From Victivallaceae bacterium (GTDB lineage Bacteria > Verrucomicrobiota > Lentisphaeria > Victivallales > Victivallaceae), in contig JBAYVM010000001.1 of assembly GCA_041674645.1 (NCBI GenBank), positions 1-40,973 on the forward strand: a stretch of 40,973 nucleotides of DNA. Reading direction: 5' to 3'. Both the position numbers and the translations under genes were made by a program. Shown piece after piece: positions 1-9,575 of this stretch. Every line of letters begins with the position of its first letter. Position 1 is the stretch's first letter. The notes under the pieces were generated by a model, which worked only from the letters and a program-made list of their open reading frames with translations, was not told the origin of the DNA and did not search any database.

Positions 1-1100
1 TTCCTGAAATAGTCGGCAATCCGGTGTACGAATGGGTGCATCTGGATTTGCAGCGTTATTTGGGTATTGACACGCTGATTGGCCCGGATACCGGAGAAAA
101 AATCTGGAATGAAGCCAACCGGACGCTTGCGAAAAAAGATTACCGCCCGCAGCAGCTGTTGAAAAAAATCGGCGTCGAAGTTATGTGTTCCACCGATGAT
201 CCGATTGATTTGTTAAACGAACATCGTCAGGTTAATAGCGCAATCGGCAGCGCTCTGCTCCGCCCGACCTGGCGTCCGGATAAAGCGATGAAAATCAGCG
301 CTCCCGGCTGGCGTGAATATATGGATAAAGTCGCCGCCCGTTTCAACCTGAAACTTAACTCTGTAGCCGACCTGATTGAAGCGATGCGCCTGTCGCATGA
401 TTATTTCGCGGAAAACGGTTGTGTGGCCAGCGATCACGGCGTTGAAGTTCCACTGGCGGCGAATATTACGGAAAAAGACGCGGACGCGGTATTCAAAAAA
501 GCGATGAAAAGTGAAAAACTGTCTGCGGCGGAAACAGAAACTTTCATGAGTTATTTCTTCGGCGAGGCCGCTGAACTGAATTCCAAAAAAGACTGGGTTT
601 TCCAGATTCATATGGGCGCAGTCCGCGACATCCGCGACGTGCTCTGGAATTCGCTTGGCGCTGACTGCGGCGGGGATGTGTCAAATCATTACCTCAACTA
701 TTTGACCCCGCTCCGCACGTTCCTCAACCGTTTTGAAGACCGGCTTAAAGTCGTGCTGTATTGCCTTGACCCCGGACATCAAGCCACGCTGGCAACCGTG
801 TCCCGCGCTTTCGGCAAGAAAGTTACGCTCGGTTCCGCCTGGTGGCTCTGTGATACGCCGGTCGGCATGAAACGCCAGCTGGAATATATCGGTTCGGTGG
901 ATGTGCTGGCCAATTTCGCGGGAATGGTTTCCGACTCGCGCAAACTGCTTTCTTACGGCTCACGTTTTGAAATGTTCCGCCGGGTTCTGTCCGATGTTCT
1001 CGGAGAAATGGCTGAACGCGGACAGGCGCCGTACGAATTGATGGAAAAACTCGCCATCCGCATCGCTTACGAAGGACCAAAAAAGTTTTTCAACCTTTAA
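1..1100 (+). CDS. uxaC: Glucuronate/uronate isomerase, C-terminal ~365 aa; 5' end lies outside the window
   Basis: The frame of ORF 24..1100 stays open back to base 3 (PEIVGNP-VYEWVHLDLQRYLGI), so the gene is cut by the window edge. NPVYEWVHLDL..YLGI, MCSTDDP, FQIHMGA and SAWWLCD match the pattern I know from UxaC-family isomerases. Confidence 0.9.
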   Translation, partial: PEIVGNPVYEWVHLDLQRYLGIDTLIGPDTGEKIWNEANRTLAKKDYRPQQLLKKIGVEVMCSTDDPIDLLNEHRQVNSAIGSALLRPTWRPDKAMKISAPGWREYMDKVAARFNLKLNSVADLIEAMRLSHDYFAENGCVASDHGVEVPLAANITEKDADAVFKKAMKSEKLSAAETETFMSYFFGEAAELNSKKDWVFQIHMGAVRDIRDVLWNSLGADCGGDVSNHYLNYLTPLRTFLNRFEDRLKVVLYCLDPGHQATLATVSRAFGKKVTLGSAWWLCDTPVGMKRQLEYIGSVDVLANFAGMVSDSRKLLSYGSRFEMFRRVLSDVLGEMAERGQAPYELMEKLAIRIAYEGPKKFFNL

Positions 1101-1115
1101 GCGCGGTCGGAGATA

Positions 1116-2243
1116 ATGACAAAACCGTTCTCACTGTTAATCAAACCGGCATCGTATGACTGCAATCTGCGATGCCAGTACTGCTTTTACCTGAAAAAAG
1201 CGGCCGTGTACGGCAAAGTTCAACACCGGATGACCACTCAGACGCTGGAGCGCATGATTTCATCCTACATGGCGCTGAACATGCCGCAATACTCATTCGC
1301 CTGGCAGGGCGGGGAACCGACGCTCATGGGCGTCGGTTTTTTCCAGCAGGCAGTGGATTTTATGAAAAAATATGGCTATGCCGGTAAACAGGTGTCCAAT
1401 GCATTGCAGACTAACGGCACGCTGTTGGACGATGAATGGGGAAAATTCTTCCGTGAGTATTCATTTCTGCTCGGCATCAGCCTTGACGGACCGCCGGAGA
1501 TGCACAATAAATTCCGCGTGGATGCCGCCGGAAAAGGTACGCATCAACGGGTTCTCGACGGCATTGAAGCCATGCGGCGGAATAACGTCGAATTCAATAT
1601 TTTGACCTTGATTACCCCGGCGAATGTCGAACATCCGGAAGAAGTTTACAACTACCTGAAACAACAGGGAATCCAATATCACCAGTATATCGAATGCGTT
1701 GAATTTGATGCCGCTGGAAAACTGCTGCCGTTCAGCGTCACCGCCAGGTAGTGGGGTGAATTTCTGTGCCGACTGTTCGATGAATGGTATAAAAATGACA
1801 CTACCCGGATTTCTGTCCGGCTGTTTGATTCGATTCTGTTCAAAATGCTCGAAGGCGTTTCCAATGTTTGTGCCATGAGTAACGATTGTATGCAATATTT
1901 TCTGGTGGAAAATAACGGCGATGTCTATCCATGCGATTTTTTCATGGACGCAAAATGGAAACTTGGAAATTTGATGACCGGAAACTGGCCGGACTTCCTG
2001 GCGTCTCCGCTCTATCATAAATTCGGAGCCAGAAAACGCCAGCGCGCAAAAACTTGCGCCCATTGCCGCTGGTTGTCAATGTGCGCCGGTTGCTGCCCGA
2101 AAAACCGCCCCGGACGCGGCGACCGCCCCGGCGAACTTTCCGCGCTCTGCGATGGCTGGAAAATGTTTTTCGAACACACGCACGACCGTTTTCAGCAACT
2201 CGCGGAAAATATTTCCAGGGAACGAAATAAGGCTGAAAAATGA
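1116..2243 (+). pseudogene. Anaerobic sulfatase-maturating enzyme (radical SAM + SPASM, AslB/ChuR family) interrupted by a single in-frame TAG at 1749-1751
   Basis: ORFs 1116..1751 and 1845..2243 are in the same frame, and 1752-1844 has no further stop. The N-terminal part carries CNLRCQYC (CX3CX2C radical-SAM cluster). The C-terminal part carries SPASM cysteines (CAMSNDC...YPCDFF, CAHCRWLSMCAGCCP). The joined length of 375 aa is typical for anSMEs. Confidence 0.65.
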
Positions 2244-2258
2244 TATTTCATTTCTAAC

Positions 2259-2777
2259 TTACTTTAAAAGTTTATCGCTGAAACAGGTGCCAGTTTTTGA
2301 ATATTGAGATGTCCAGCCATTACAAGTTAGTGCCACACTAATCGTCATTTTATAGGTTTGTCTTAAATACACATGCCCCCCAATTGATTCTTTAGTAGGA
2401 TTGCCATCTTTTGCAATTCCTGCGCTAGCACTAGCGCTACCATCATAGTTGACATTATTTTTATCTTTAACGGTAAAAGGACATGTTGTCATACTGCCGG
2501 TAGTCCAGCCGATAAATTTTCCACTGTCGAAAGTAACTGCAAATTCAGCTGTCCCGCTCATAGTCGGCGACGTGACAGTTTGCCATCCGGAATCCTGAAG
2601 GCTTTCTATATATTCGACGAATAATAATACTGGCGAAATGCTAAAAGATAAATTTCCTCTTTCTTGCCAGTCACAAAAATCCACGTCTTTTTCAGAAAAA
2701 AATGGTTTATTGTTGTTACATGAAGTTTGAAATAGTAAAAACAATAGAGAAACTAACATGAAGTAAAATATTTTCAT
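2259..2777 (-). CDS. Hypothetical lipoprotein (172 aa)
   Basis: Hydrophobic N-terminus ending in a lipobox-like LFQTSC. GGGGAG lies upstream of the ATG. No recognisable domain. Confidence 0.55.
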   Translation of the reverse strand: MKIFYFMLVSLLFLLFQTSCNNNKPFFSEKDVDFCDWQERGNLSFSISPVLLFVEYIESLQDSGWQTVTSPTMSGTAEFAVTFDSGKFIGWTTGSMTTCPFTVKDKNNVNYDGSASASAGIAKDGNPTKESIGGHVYLRQTYKMTISVALTCNGWTSQYSKTGTCFSDKLLK

Positions 2778-3036
2778 TTATCACAATTCTCCCCTAAAAT
2801 TTATGCTTTATTGCGCTTACCCCCTTAGCTTGTACCACTTTTTCTAGATTGGTGTAAAAGCTCTGCCTCACTATAGTCATTAGTTCGCGGAATTCAAGTC
2901 CGCCCGTATACCTCCATCCGGCGTTATGTAAAGTGCAATATATCTGCACTAAGCGTGAATTTTAAGTTGTAATATTTTTATTTGCAGCCATTTATAAGAT
3001 TTGCATTGTAATCATGAAGGCTGAAAAATGAAAAGG

Positions 3037-3543
3037 TTAAAGCTTGTCGCCGAGCGTTCCTTTTGTGGCGTTAATTTCCTTGTTCTTGGCTTTTTTTCTA
3101 AGACCAAGCGGTATCCAGCCGGAATTATATCTGTTAACAAGAAAGTAGTTAAATATAACCCAGTCGTCATTTTTTTTCTCTAGCATGGCAATAGCAACAA
3201 AATCATTATTCCCTTTATCATGAATTCCAATATACATATCCTTCATTCTGAGAAAAATCCACTTTGAACCCTTAATCTGGAATCCTTCTGCAGTCATTAT
3301 AATCATTTTTTTATTTAATTTTTCTCCAGGTTCCAGCCATTCATTATCAGACAGGACTGCGCCACCTGAAGTATAATTATTGCGGATATAGGTTGCCGTT
3401 GCCATAACAATCCTGGTTTGGTCAGTATCTCCATCTGTATACAAAAAATTAATATTCTTCCCAAGATGAATATTAAAGACTAAAAGAGTAACTACAATCA
3501 ATAAAACAAATATACCTGCTCCTAGCACAATTTTTGTTCCCAT
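3037..3543 (-). CDS. Hypothetical N-terminally membrane-anchored protein (168 aa from the internal ATG)
   Basis: The ORF runs to 3567, but the ATG at 3543 (MGTKIVLGAGIFVLLIVV...) has a GGGGAG Shine-Dalgarno 8 nt upstream. One N-terminal TM helix. No recognisable domain. Confidence 0.55.
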   Translation of the reverse strand: MGTKIVLGAGIFVLLIVVTLLVFNIHLGKNINFLYTDGDTDQTRIVMATATYIRNNYTSGGAVLSDNEWLEPGEKLNKKMIIMTAEGFQIKGSKWIFLRMKDMYIGIHDKGNNDFVAIAMLEKKNDDWVIFNYFLVNRYNSGWIPLGLRKKAKNKEINATKGTLGDKL

Positions 3544-3594
3544 AACCAATACTCCCCTGTTATGCATTCCTATTCATAATTTCAAGCGCCTGCC

Positions 3595-4404
3595 TTATTT
3601 CGTTACGGGCTCTTTTCTATTTCCAGCTTTATCTTTTGGCGCACGTTTTTCTCTATTATTGATCTCTTGCTGAACAGCGTTTAATTGTTGCAATGAGCCT
3701 TGTCCTCGTTGAAACTCTTTCTCTAATCTATTCTTTAACTGTAATAATTCAGAGAGAGGCATGTCAGATAACGAAGTCTTATTAAGTTCTCGTCTTGCCG
3801 CCTGATCGTTAATATCTACTAATGTAAATTGACAAAATACTTCCATTGATAGAAACCTGATTGATTTGTCTGATAAATGGTTAGGTTGTAGTACCGTGAA
3901 TTTTTGGTAAAACATTTTATCGTCTGGCAGACTTTCGCCACTTTGTGATTGCTCGTAAAACTTCATGAATAACATTTCTTTGTTGATTAGAAAAGACTGC
4001 TTTTGATATGTTGCCAAAATTAGTTCATATGATGATGGAATATTGTGATTGAATCTCCAAGAGTTACTGAATCTCTCACAAGGAATAACATCGATTCTTA
4101 TTGTATATTTCCCCGTAGGATTATGCTGTAAGAATAAATAAATATAACATTCTGTCTGTGACTTTCCCAACACATGCTCCCAGAGTGGCAATTTAACAGG
4201 AACTCCAGAATCATTGATTTTAAAAGTGATTTTTACTTTTTTATCTTTTTCCAACATTCCAGAATATTTTAAATGCCATTTCAAACTCAATGCAAGCGGG
4301 TTATAATAGTCTGGAATATAGTCAACGACAACGTTGGGTTCGGCATGAATATTGCAGAACAATCCGACAAACAACATTATAGATAAAAATGTGCTTTTTT
4401 TCAT
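3595..4404 (-). CDS. Hypothetical secreted protein (269 aa)
   Basis: Signal-peptide-like N-terminus MKKSTFLSIMLFVGLFCNIHAEP and a charged Lys/Glu-rich C-terminal tail. No recognisable domain. Confidence 0.6.
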   Translation of the reverse strand: MKKSTFLSIMLFVGLFCNIHAEPNVVVDYIPDYYNPLALSLKWHLKYSGMLEKDKKVKITFKINDSGVPVKLPLWEHVLGKSQTECYIYLFLQHNPTGKYTIRIDVIPCERFSNSWRFNHNIPSSYELILATYQKQSFLINKEMLFMKFYEQSQSGESLPDDKMFYQKFTVLQPNHLSDKSIRFLSMEVFCQFTLVDINDQAARRELNKTSLSDMPLSELLQLKNRLEKEFQRGQGSLQQLNAVQQEINNREKRAPKDKAGNRKEPVTK

Positions 4405-4493
4405 TTCTTCTTCTCTTTTGATAAAACCGTTTGTAAATCACTTCTTTTGACCAACGAAAACACTAAATCTGCCATGGACATTCTCAACGAACG

Positions 4494-4865
4494 CTAATGC
4501 TGTTTCGGTAAGACTTTATTCCTTTCCCATATGACGCTTCTTTCTTTACCCAACAATAGTTCTGATATGTCTTTCGAAATTAGGATTTCTTCTTTAAAGC
4601 TTCCATTATGCTTTAAAGCAATTTCTATTAACATAATAATTTTATCTTTTTCTTTCTGGTAAGTTATTTTGTTTACACCATATGCGCTGTGTCCGCACAA
4701 TCCAGATATTACCAGATAATCATTGTTATCTCTTTGGTTTTCAACGACTTTAAAATTGAAAATATATTTTCTTTCCAAAATCATATCATTAATACTGCAT
4801 CCACTTAACAACATTCCACCAATGATGATTATAATTTGATATATTCTTCTATTCAACAACGCCAT
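4494..4865 (-). CDS. Hypothetical lipoprotein (123 aa)
   Basis: Lipobox LLSGC after a hydrophobic N-terminus. GGAG lies ~10 nt upstream of the ATG. Ends in TAG. Confidence 0.5.
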   Translation of the reverse strand: MALLNRRIYQIIIIIGGMLLSGCSINDMILERKYIFNFKVVENQRDNNDYLVISGLCGHSAYGVNKITYQKEKDKIIMLIEIALKHNGSFKEEILISKDISELLLGKERSVIWERNKVLPKQH

Positions 4866-4996
4866 GATTACTTTCTCCGTTTCTCAATGAAATCATCCGC
4901 AAGCCCCTGAATTTAACCAACGAAACCACAAACGCTAAAGTTTTGTCCCGAATTGCTGTCGCTCAGGGATTCTCCGAAAGCCGCCATTGTCACGCC

Positions 4997-5272
4997 CTAT
5001 TGCTTACCATTTTCAGTGCCTGACCTAAAAGCCCTTATTTCCCGCCATAGAAAAATCACAAAGACAATAATGACGACATAAACAATTAAGATACTCCGAC
5101 CAAGTAAATCACAAAGATTTACTGTAATCAAATTTCCGCCTTGTAAAAATTTAAGGTCTGAATCTCCAGTTCGGAGAAAATGTCGAAAACACAATTGGAA
5201 ATTAGAGGGGAACTGCACCACTCCCAATACAATGCCAGCCAGAAAAAGAGTTATATTTTTATTTTTCATCAT
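4997..5272 (-). CDS. Small hypothetical membrane protein (91 aa)
   Basis: Two hydrophobic segments, a GAGG just upstream of the ATG, and a 14-nt overlap with the preceding gene. Confidence 0.4.
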   Translation of the reverse strand: MMKNKNITLFLAGIVLGVVQFPSNFQLCFRHFLRTGDSDLKFLQGGNLITVNLCDLLGRSILIVYVVIIVFVIFLWREIRAFRSGTENGKQ

Positions 5273-5504
5273 TGCCTCTACATTTTTTGTTCATCAGCAG
5301 AGCAATAATTGTAAGCGGCCAGATAAAAATGAGAATGAAGCAGGCAATACCCAACATTCTCGCCAAAGGAACAATATTTTCCGGAGAAAAATTAAACCAT
5401 AAAACCAAATAATTCAGTATGCTTCCAGCCACAACTCCGAAAACGAACCAAAATCCATTTAAGAGCTTTGCTCTCACTTCCGTTCTGTGAATTGACTCAG
5501 ACAT
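5259..5504 (-). CDS. Small hypothetical membrane protein (81 aa)
   Basis: Two predicted TM helices. Strong GGGAGGGAAGA-ATG Shine-Dalgarno context at 5505-5517. Confidence 0.5.
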   Translation of the reverse strand: MSESIHRTEVRAKLLNGFWFVFGVVAGSILNYLVLWFNFSPENIVPLARMLGIACFILIFIWPLTIIALLMNKKCRGNDEK

Positions 5505-6082
5505 TCTTCCCTCCCGGTTTGAATATAATTTGTATTATTTTATGAAATTCCTTACGCGATGTTATCTCACTGTTTTATATCTAATATTATTCGAAGACTT
5601 GGTCTTGTAAGTGTTCCTTATATTTTATCTCAAATGAAAACGGAACCGTTTCCGCTCCCACCCGATTAATTCCAGACCTCGGGATAGCCAAGCGGGTCGG
5701 AGGTCGGCTATTTGCCCTGCTCTGCGCGATAGTTTCGGAACATAAACGCATAGACAAGTCCTCCAAAGTAAAGCAATTTCACAGATTTATTTTACACTGG
5801 GAAAAAAGGTTATCAACACGATTAGAGAAAATATGGATTAATTTTCTCCGGTGTAGCGTTCTCTGCGAAAACATCTTCCTGTTAGTGCGGTTTGGCAGTC
5901 GCCTGGATGCCAAATTTGGAAAAACGCCCCGTAGAGCGAGGTCACTACACCGTTTTGCCGTCGGTTTAAGGCTAAACCTGACGCTACTTTAACAACGAAA
6001 TGCTTTTTGCGCTCGGAGATTGCAAGCTACATATCAGTTTCGCTGAAAAATGAAGAACGGCACAGGAGCGTCAAAAGTTTGA

Positions 6083-7885
6083 TCAGCCCTGGTAACGGGG
6101 GAGGCGAATAGTAAAAATGCTGCCTCTGCCGAGTGTGCTTGCAACGCTTACTGAACCGCGATGCAGTTGAGCAATGTGTTTCACAATGGACAGCCCAAGG
6201 CCGGTGCCGCCGAGTTTGCGGCTGCGAGCCTTGTCCACGCGGTAAAAGCGTTCAAACAACCGGGGAAGATGTTCCGACGCGATGCCGCAGCCGTTGTCCG
6301 CCACCTTGATCAATATGTCATTGCCGTCAGTATTGATGCTGGCGGTGATAACGCTGTCATCACCGCTGTATTTTATGGCATTTTCAATCAAATTGACTAC
6401 GGCTTGTTCCAGCAGTTGACAATCGCCCTGCACTTTGAGGTTGTCGTCTTTTTCGAAATTGAGTTCAATCTTCCGGCCTTCCGCCCGTTCTTTGCACAAT
6501 TCAATGGCTGTGCCGACCGGACCGGAAAGTTTGAGCACGGTGAAATCTCTTTCCGAAGCGCGGGTTTTCTGTTCCAGGCCGGATAAACTTAAAATATCTT
6601 TGACCAGCGCGTTCAGACGGTCAGTGTGTTTGGTGATGATATTCATGAATTTTTCGGCGTTTTCCGGTTCATTAATCGCGCCTTCCTGAAGGGTTTCCAC
6701 CGCTCCGCGAATAACCGTCAACGGAGTTTTTATTTCATGGGAAACGTCGGCAATGAAATCCCGCCGGAAGTTTTCCAGTTTTCTAATCTGAGTAAAATCT
6801 GACAGCACAATCAGGGTGCCGAAAATCTGATTCTGATTCATTTTCAGCACGGTTCCGCGCGCCCGGATGGAACGTTCCTGAACATTAAATATGGTTACTT
6901 CGGTTTCAAGCGTCTTTTTTTCGCGAAAAATCTGTTCCACGAAATCCTGCAGCGGACGATTGCGCACCACGCCGTAGAAAGAGAGTCCGACGGCATTTTC
7001 CGGCAGGTCGAACATTATTAAAGCGGCGTTGTTGATGTCCAGAATGTTTCCATCCAGCCCCAGGGCGATAACGCCTTCGGTCATACTGGAAAATATTGCG
7101 TCCCGTTCATTTTTTTCCCGGGTAATCTCATCAATGCGGTATTTCAACTGTTCCGCCATATTGCTGAGGGAAAGCGCCAGTTCACGAATTGCTCCTTTTT
7201 CCGGGATTGGCAGTTTAATATCCAAATTTCCGGCGGCAATTCTGGCGGCATTAAATTTCAGGCTTTCAATCGGTTTACTGATGCCGCGGACAATAGAGTA
7301 ACTCAGTCCGCTGGTAACCAACGCCACCAGCAAACCGACAATAATTATATCCCGCCGGGCCTGCCGGATAACATCATCAATTGATTTTAAGGAAACCGCC
7401 GTACGAAGCACATAAGCTTTTCCGTCAACCTCAATCGGAATTGCCGTATAAACCATTCGGGTGGAAAGCGTCGCGCTGTAGCGCACAGAGCTGCCGGGAA
7501 TTTTCTCGCCAAACGCCGTCGCGATTTCCGGACGTTTCAAATGATTACCCATTTTTTCCGCGCTTTCCTGGGAGTCAAACAAAACTTTCCCGTCAGCGGC
7601 GATAAGCGTTATCCGCGTGTCAATTAATTTGTCAATCCGGTTGCCAAACTCATCAATGGCGTTAACATCAGGACGTTCCAGCAGTTTTCTAACTTCCGGC
7701 TCAAGCAGGTGACTTCTAATCAGCAACTCATTCTGAACTCGTTGCAAATAAATATCTTCCATTGACGTGGACTGATGCCAGATAAAACCCAGCAGCGATA
7801 TCGCCACGGAAAAAATCAGTATCGGAAAAAACTGAAATGCGTCGTTTCTCATGCTTCCTCTGCTTGTAAGGCCTCTATTTGCCAT
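6083..7885 (-). CDS. PhoR-like sensor histidine kinase (TM-sensor-TM, HAMP, PAS, HisKA, HATPase_c)
   Basis: H-box DVSHEIKTPLT, N-box NLIENAIKYS, DNGCGI, and RFYRVDKARSRKLGGTGLGLSIVKH. The ATG at 7885 overlaps the TGA of the upstream regulator (TGATG). A TTG at 7888 is an alternative start. Confidence 0.9.
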   Translation of the reverse strand: MANRGLTSRGSMRNDAFQFFPILIFSVAISLLGFIWHQSTSMEDIYLQRVQNELLIRSHLLEPEVRKLLERPDVNAIDEFGNRIDKLIDTRITLIAADGKVLFDSQESAEKMGNHLKRPEIATAFGEKIPGSSVRYSATLSTRMVYTAIPIEVDGKAYVLRTAVSLKSIDDVIRQARRDIIIVGLLVALVTSGLSYSIVRGISKPIESLKFNAARIAAGNLDIKLPIPEKGAIRELALSLSNMAEQLKYRIDEITREKNERDAIFSSMTEGVIALGLDGNILDINNAALIMFDLPENAVGLSFYGVVRNRPLQDFVEQIFREKKTLETEVTIFNVQERSIRARGTVLKMNQNQIFGTLIVLSDFTQIRKLENFRRDFIADVSHEIKTPLTVIRGAVETLQEGAINEPENAEKFMNIITKHTDRLNALVKDILSLSGLEQKTRASERDFTVLKLSGPVGTAIELCKERAEGRKIELNFEKDDNLKVQGDCQLLEQAVVNLIENAIKYSGDDSVITASINTDGNDILIKVADNGCGIASEHLPRLFERFYRVDKARSRKLGGTGLGLSIVKHIAQLHRGSVSVASTLGRGSIFTIRLPRYQG

Positions 7886-8583
7886 CAATAATTTTCATTA
7901 AACCGGTATCCGACTCCGCGCACGGTATCAATCATATTTTCAGCCTCGCCAAGCTTTTTGCGGAGACCGACAATCTGAACATCCACCGCCCGTTCAGTAA
8001 CCGGATAATCATCGCCTTTGACTTCATTTACAATCTGATTCCGGGTATAAACCCAACCTGGTCTTCTGGCTAACATGTATAATATCTCAAATTCAGAAAA
8101 GGTCAATCCCAGCGTTTTATTATTCAAAGTCGCTTCGCGTTTGCTGCGATTCATAAGCAACGGACCGCGCTTGACTATTTCCGGCATTTCCTCCTGGTCG
8201 CCATACTTGCTGCGTCTCATGACGGACTTGATTCTGGCCACCAGGACTTTGGTGCTGAAAGGCTTGGCCATATAATCATCGGCGCCCATTTCCAGCCCGA
8301 TAATCATGTCCATCTCTTCGCTCTTCGCGGTAAGCATAATCACCGGAATCTGTTCCGTTTCCGGATTACTTTTCAAATGCCGGCAGACCGCCAGGCCGTC
8401 AATGCCCGGCAACATCAAATCCAGCAGAATCACGTCCGGAGAGAATTCCGCTACCGCTTTTAAACCTTTTTCGCCGCTGTCCACAATCTTAAGCTGATCG
8501 TAACCTTCTTTCTTCAGGTTGTAACGAATCAGCTCCTGAATGTCTTCCTCGTCTTCGATAATCAGTATTTTTTCTTTCGCCAT
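7885..8583 (-). CDS. OmpR/PhoB-family response regulator
   Basis: Receiver domain (ILIIEDEEDI, DVILLDLMLPGIDG, LTAK) plus a winged-helix C-terminus (LTFSEFEILYMLA, VDVQIVGLRKKL, TVRGVGYRF). Start placed at MAKEKILIIED (8583) rather than the ORF-track start at 8610. Confidence 0.9.
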   Translation of the reverse strand: MAKEKILIIEDEEDIQELIRYNLKKEGYDQLKIVDSGEKGLKAVAEFSPDVILLDLMLPGIDGLAVCRHLKSNPETEQIPVIMLTAKSEEMDMIIGLEMGADDYMAKPFSTKVLVARIKSVMRRSKYGDQEEMPEIVKRGPLLMNRSKREATLNNKTLGLTFSEFEILYMLARRPGWVYTRNQIVNEVKGDDYPVTERAVDVQIVGLRKKLGEAENMIDTVRGVGYRFNENY

Positions 8584-8816
8584 AATCTTCATTCCTGTAT
8601 AATTGAACATTTTATTTACTTTACTCTAATATAATAATCCCGGTTTTTTAGATTCAGATGACACAAATGTTAGAATAAGATTAAAACTGCTTTTATTTTG
8701 TGCTCACGTCGTTTATTCATCTATTAAAATCAATGAATTGCGACATCCGGCGCCACATTGAAAACGCCAAATAAAAATTCCCTCATACGCGCCCTTCAGA
8801 CTAATGGGTTGAATTC

Positions 8817-8845
8817 TTGCATTTTCTCATTCATTATGTTATATT
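8817..8845 (+). promoter_or_regulatory. Sigma-70-like promoter candidate (TTGCAT - 17 nt - TATATT)
   Basis: -35 TTGCAT at 8817-8822 and -10 TATATT at 8840-8845 with an exact 17-nt spacer, ~45 nt upstream of the ATG at 8889. Confidence 0.3.
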
Positions 8846-8888
8846 CGGACATCGTGAGTTAAATAACTTAAAAGAATGGAGTCAAACC

Positions 8889-9515
8889 ATGAAATCAAAA
8901 ATCACCATCATTTCTCTCCTGGCTGCCGGAATCGCATTTTCTACAATCGCTGCCGACACCGCGCCAACCAAAGAAGCAACCACGACACCAGCTCAGGAAA
9001 AAGTTATTCCGGCAAAAGTTCAATGCGCCAGAATAGACATTGACGGTAACAAAGACCAAATCAATCTGAAACCAGTCAAGGGAATGGCCAACGCCAGCTG
9101 GTTGAAGGAAAAAGATCTCGTTACAAAATCCCTTTATTCCTACTCAAAACCGTTGACTGGCGAAGCTTGGGAAGATATGGAAGTATCGTTTATTCCAGAC
9201 AAAGACGGAATCGTGATTTTAAAACTCATGAGCAGGTGGTATAAGCCCAAAGGTGAAAAAAAGAATATTCCGATATTGGTTGAATTCGATGAAGTTCAGC
9301 TTACCGGGGCCGAATTGAAAAATGGCGGGTTTGAACAGCTTGATGAAAAAGGCAAAGTTGCTGACTGGAATTTGAAAGGCGATTTAATTAAAGGCAGAGC
9401 TCAAGCCGGCGACAACTCCATCAAAGTATGCACCAAGAATCTGGCTTCTCAGGCTATAAAGGTCACGAAAGATCAGCAAGTAACCATCAAAGCAAAAGTT
9501 AAAAAAGCAGAATAA
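8889..9515 (+). CDS. Hypothetical secreted protein (208 aa)
   Basis: Start moved to MKSKITIISLLAAGIAFSTIAADTA (signal peptide, GGAG 8 nt upstream). The C-terminal NGGFE...W segment is reminiscent of carbohydrate-binding-module-like beta-sandwich proteins (weak). Confidence 0.6.
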   Translation: MKSKITIISLLAAGIAFSTIAADTAPTKEATTTPAQEKVIPAKVQCARIDIDGNKDQINLKPVKGMANASWLKEKDLVTKSLYSYSKPLTGEAWEDMEVSFIPDKDGIVILKLMSRWYKPKGEKKNIPILVEFDEVQLTGAELKNGGFEQLDEKGKVADWNLKGDLIKGRAQAGDNSIKVCTKNLASQAIKVTKDQQVTIKAKVKKAE

Positions 9516-9537
9516 CGTTTTATTGCTGTCACACTTG

Positions 9538-9575
9538 GACTCTTACTCGTAACATCATGGGTAAGAGTCTTTTTT
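9538..9575 (+). terminator. Rho-independent terminator
   Basis: Stem GACTCTTAC (9538-9546) pairs with GTAAGAGTC (9561-9569), followed by a T-run at 9570-9575, 23 nt after the stop codon. Confidence 0.7.

Noticed and set aside
1749-1751. The in-frame TAG in the anSME gene read as a recoded sense codon (pyrrolysine or a reassigned genetic code).
   Set aside because: TAG terminates other well-supported genes in this same window, including cdsA at 31605-31607 and the ORFs ending at 4494 and 4997. No pyl genes are visible. A nonsense mutation or sequencing error is the simpler reading.
2887-2916. tRNA or tmRNA 3'-end-like element: GCGGA-ATTCAAG-TCCGC (a T-arm-like hairpin) followed by CCGTATACCTCCA. 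It could mark an integration (att) scar next to the AT-rich exported-protein cluster.
   Set aside because: There is no complementary 5' acceptor strand (TATACGG) and no D or anticodon arm in the ~70 nt upstream. The loop is offset by one from the TTCRA consensus, and the 3' end is not a clean discriminator + CCA. I saw no second copy of the segment in the window. It cannot be called a tRNA, and an att remnant is only speculation.
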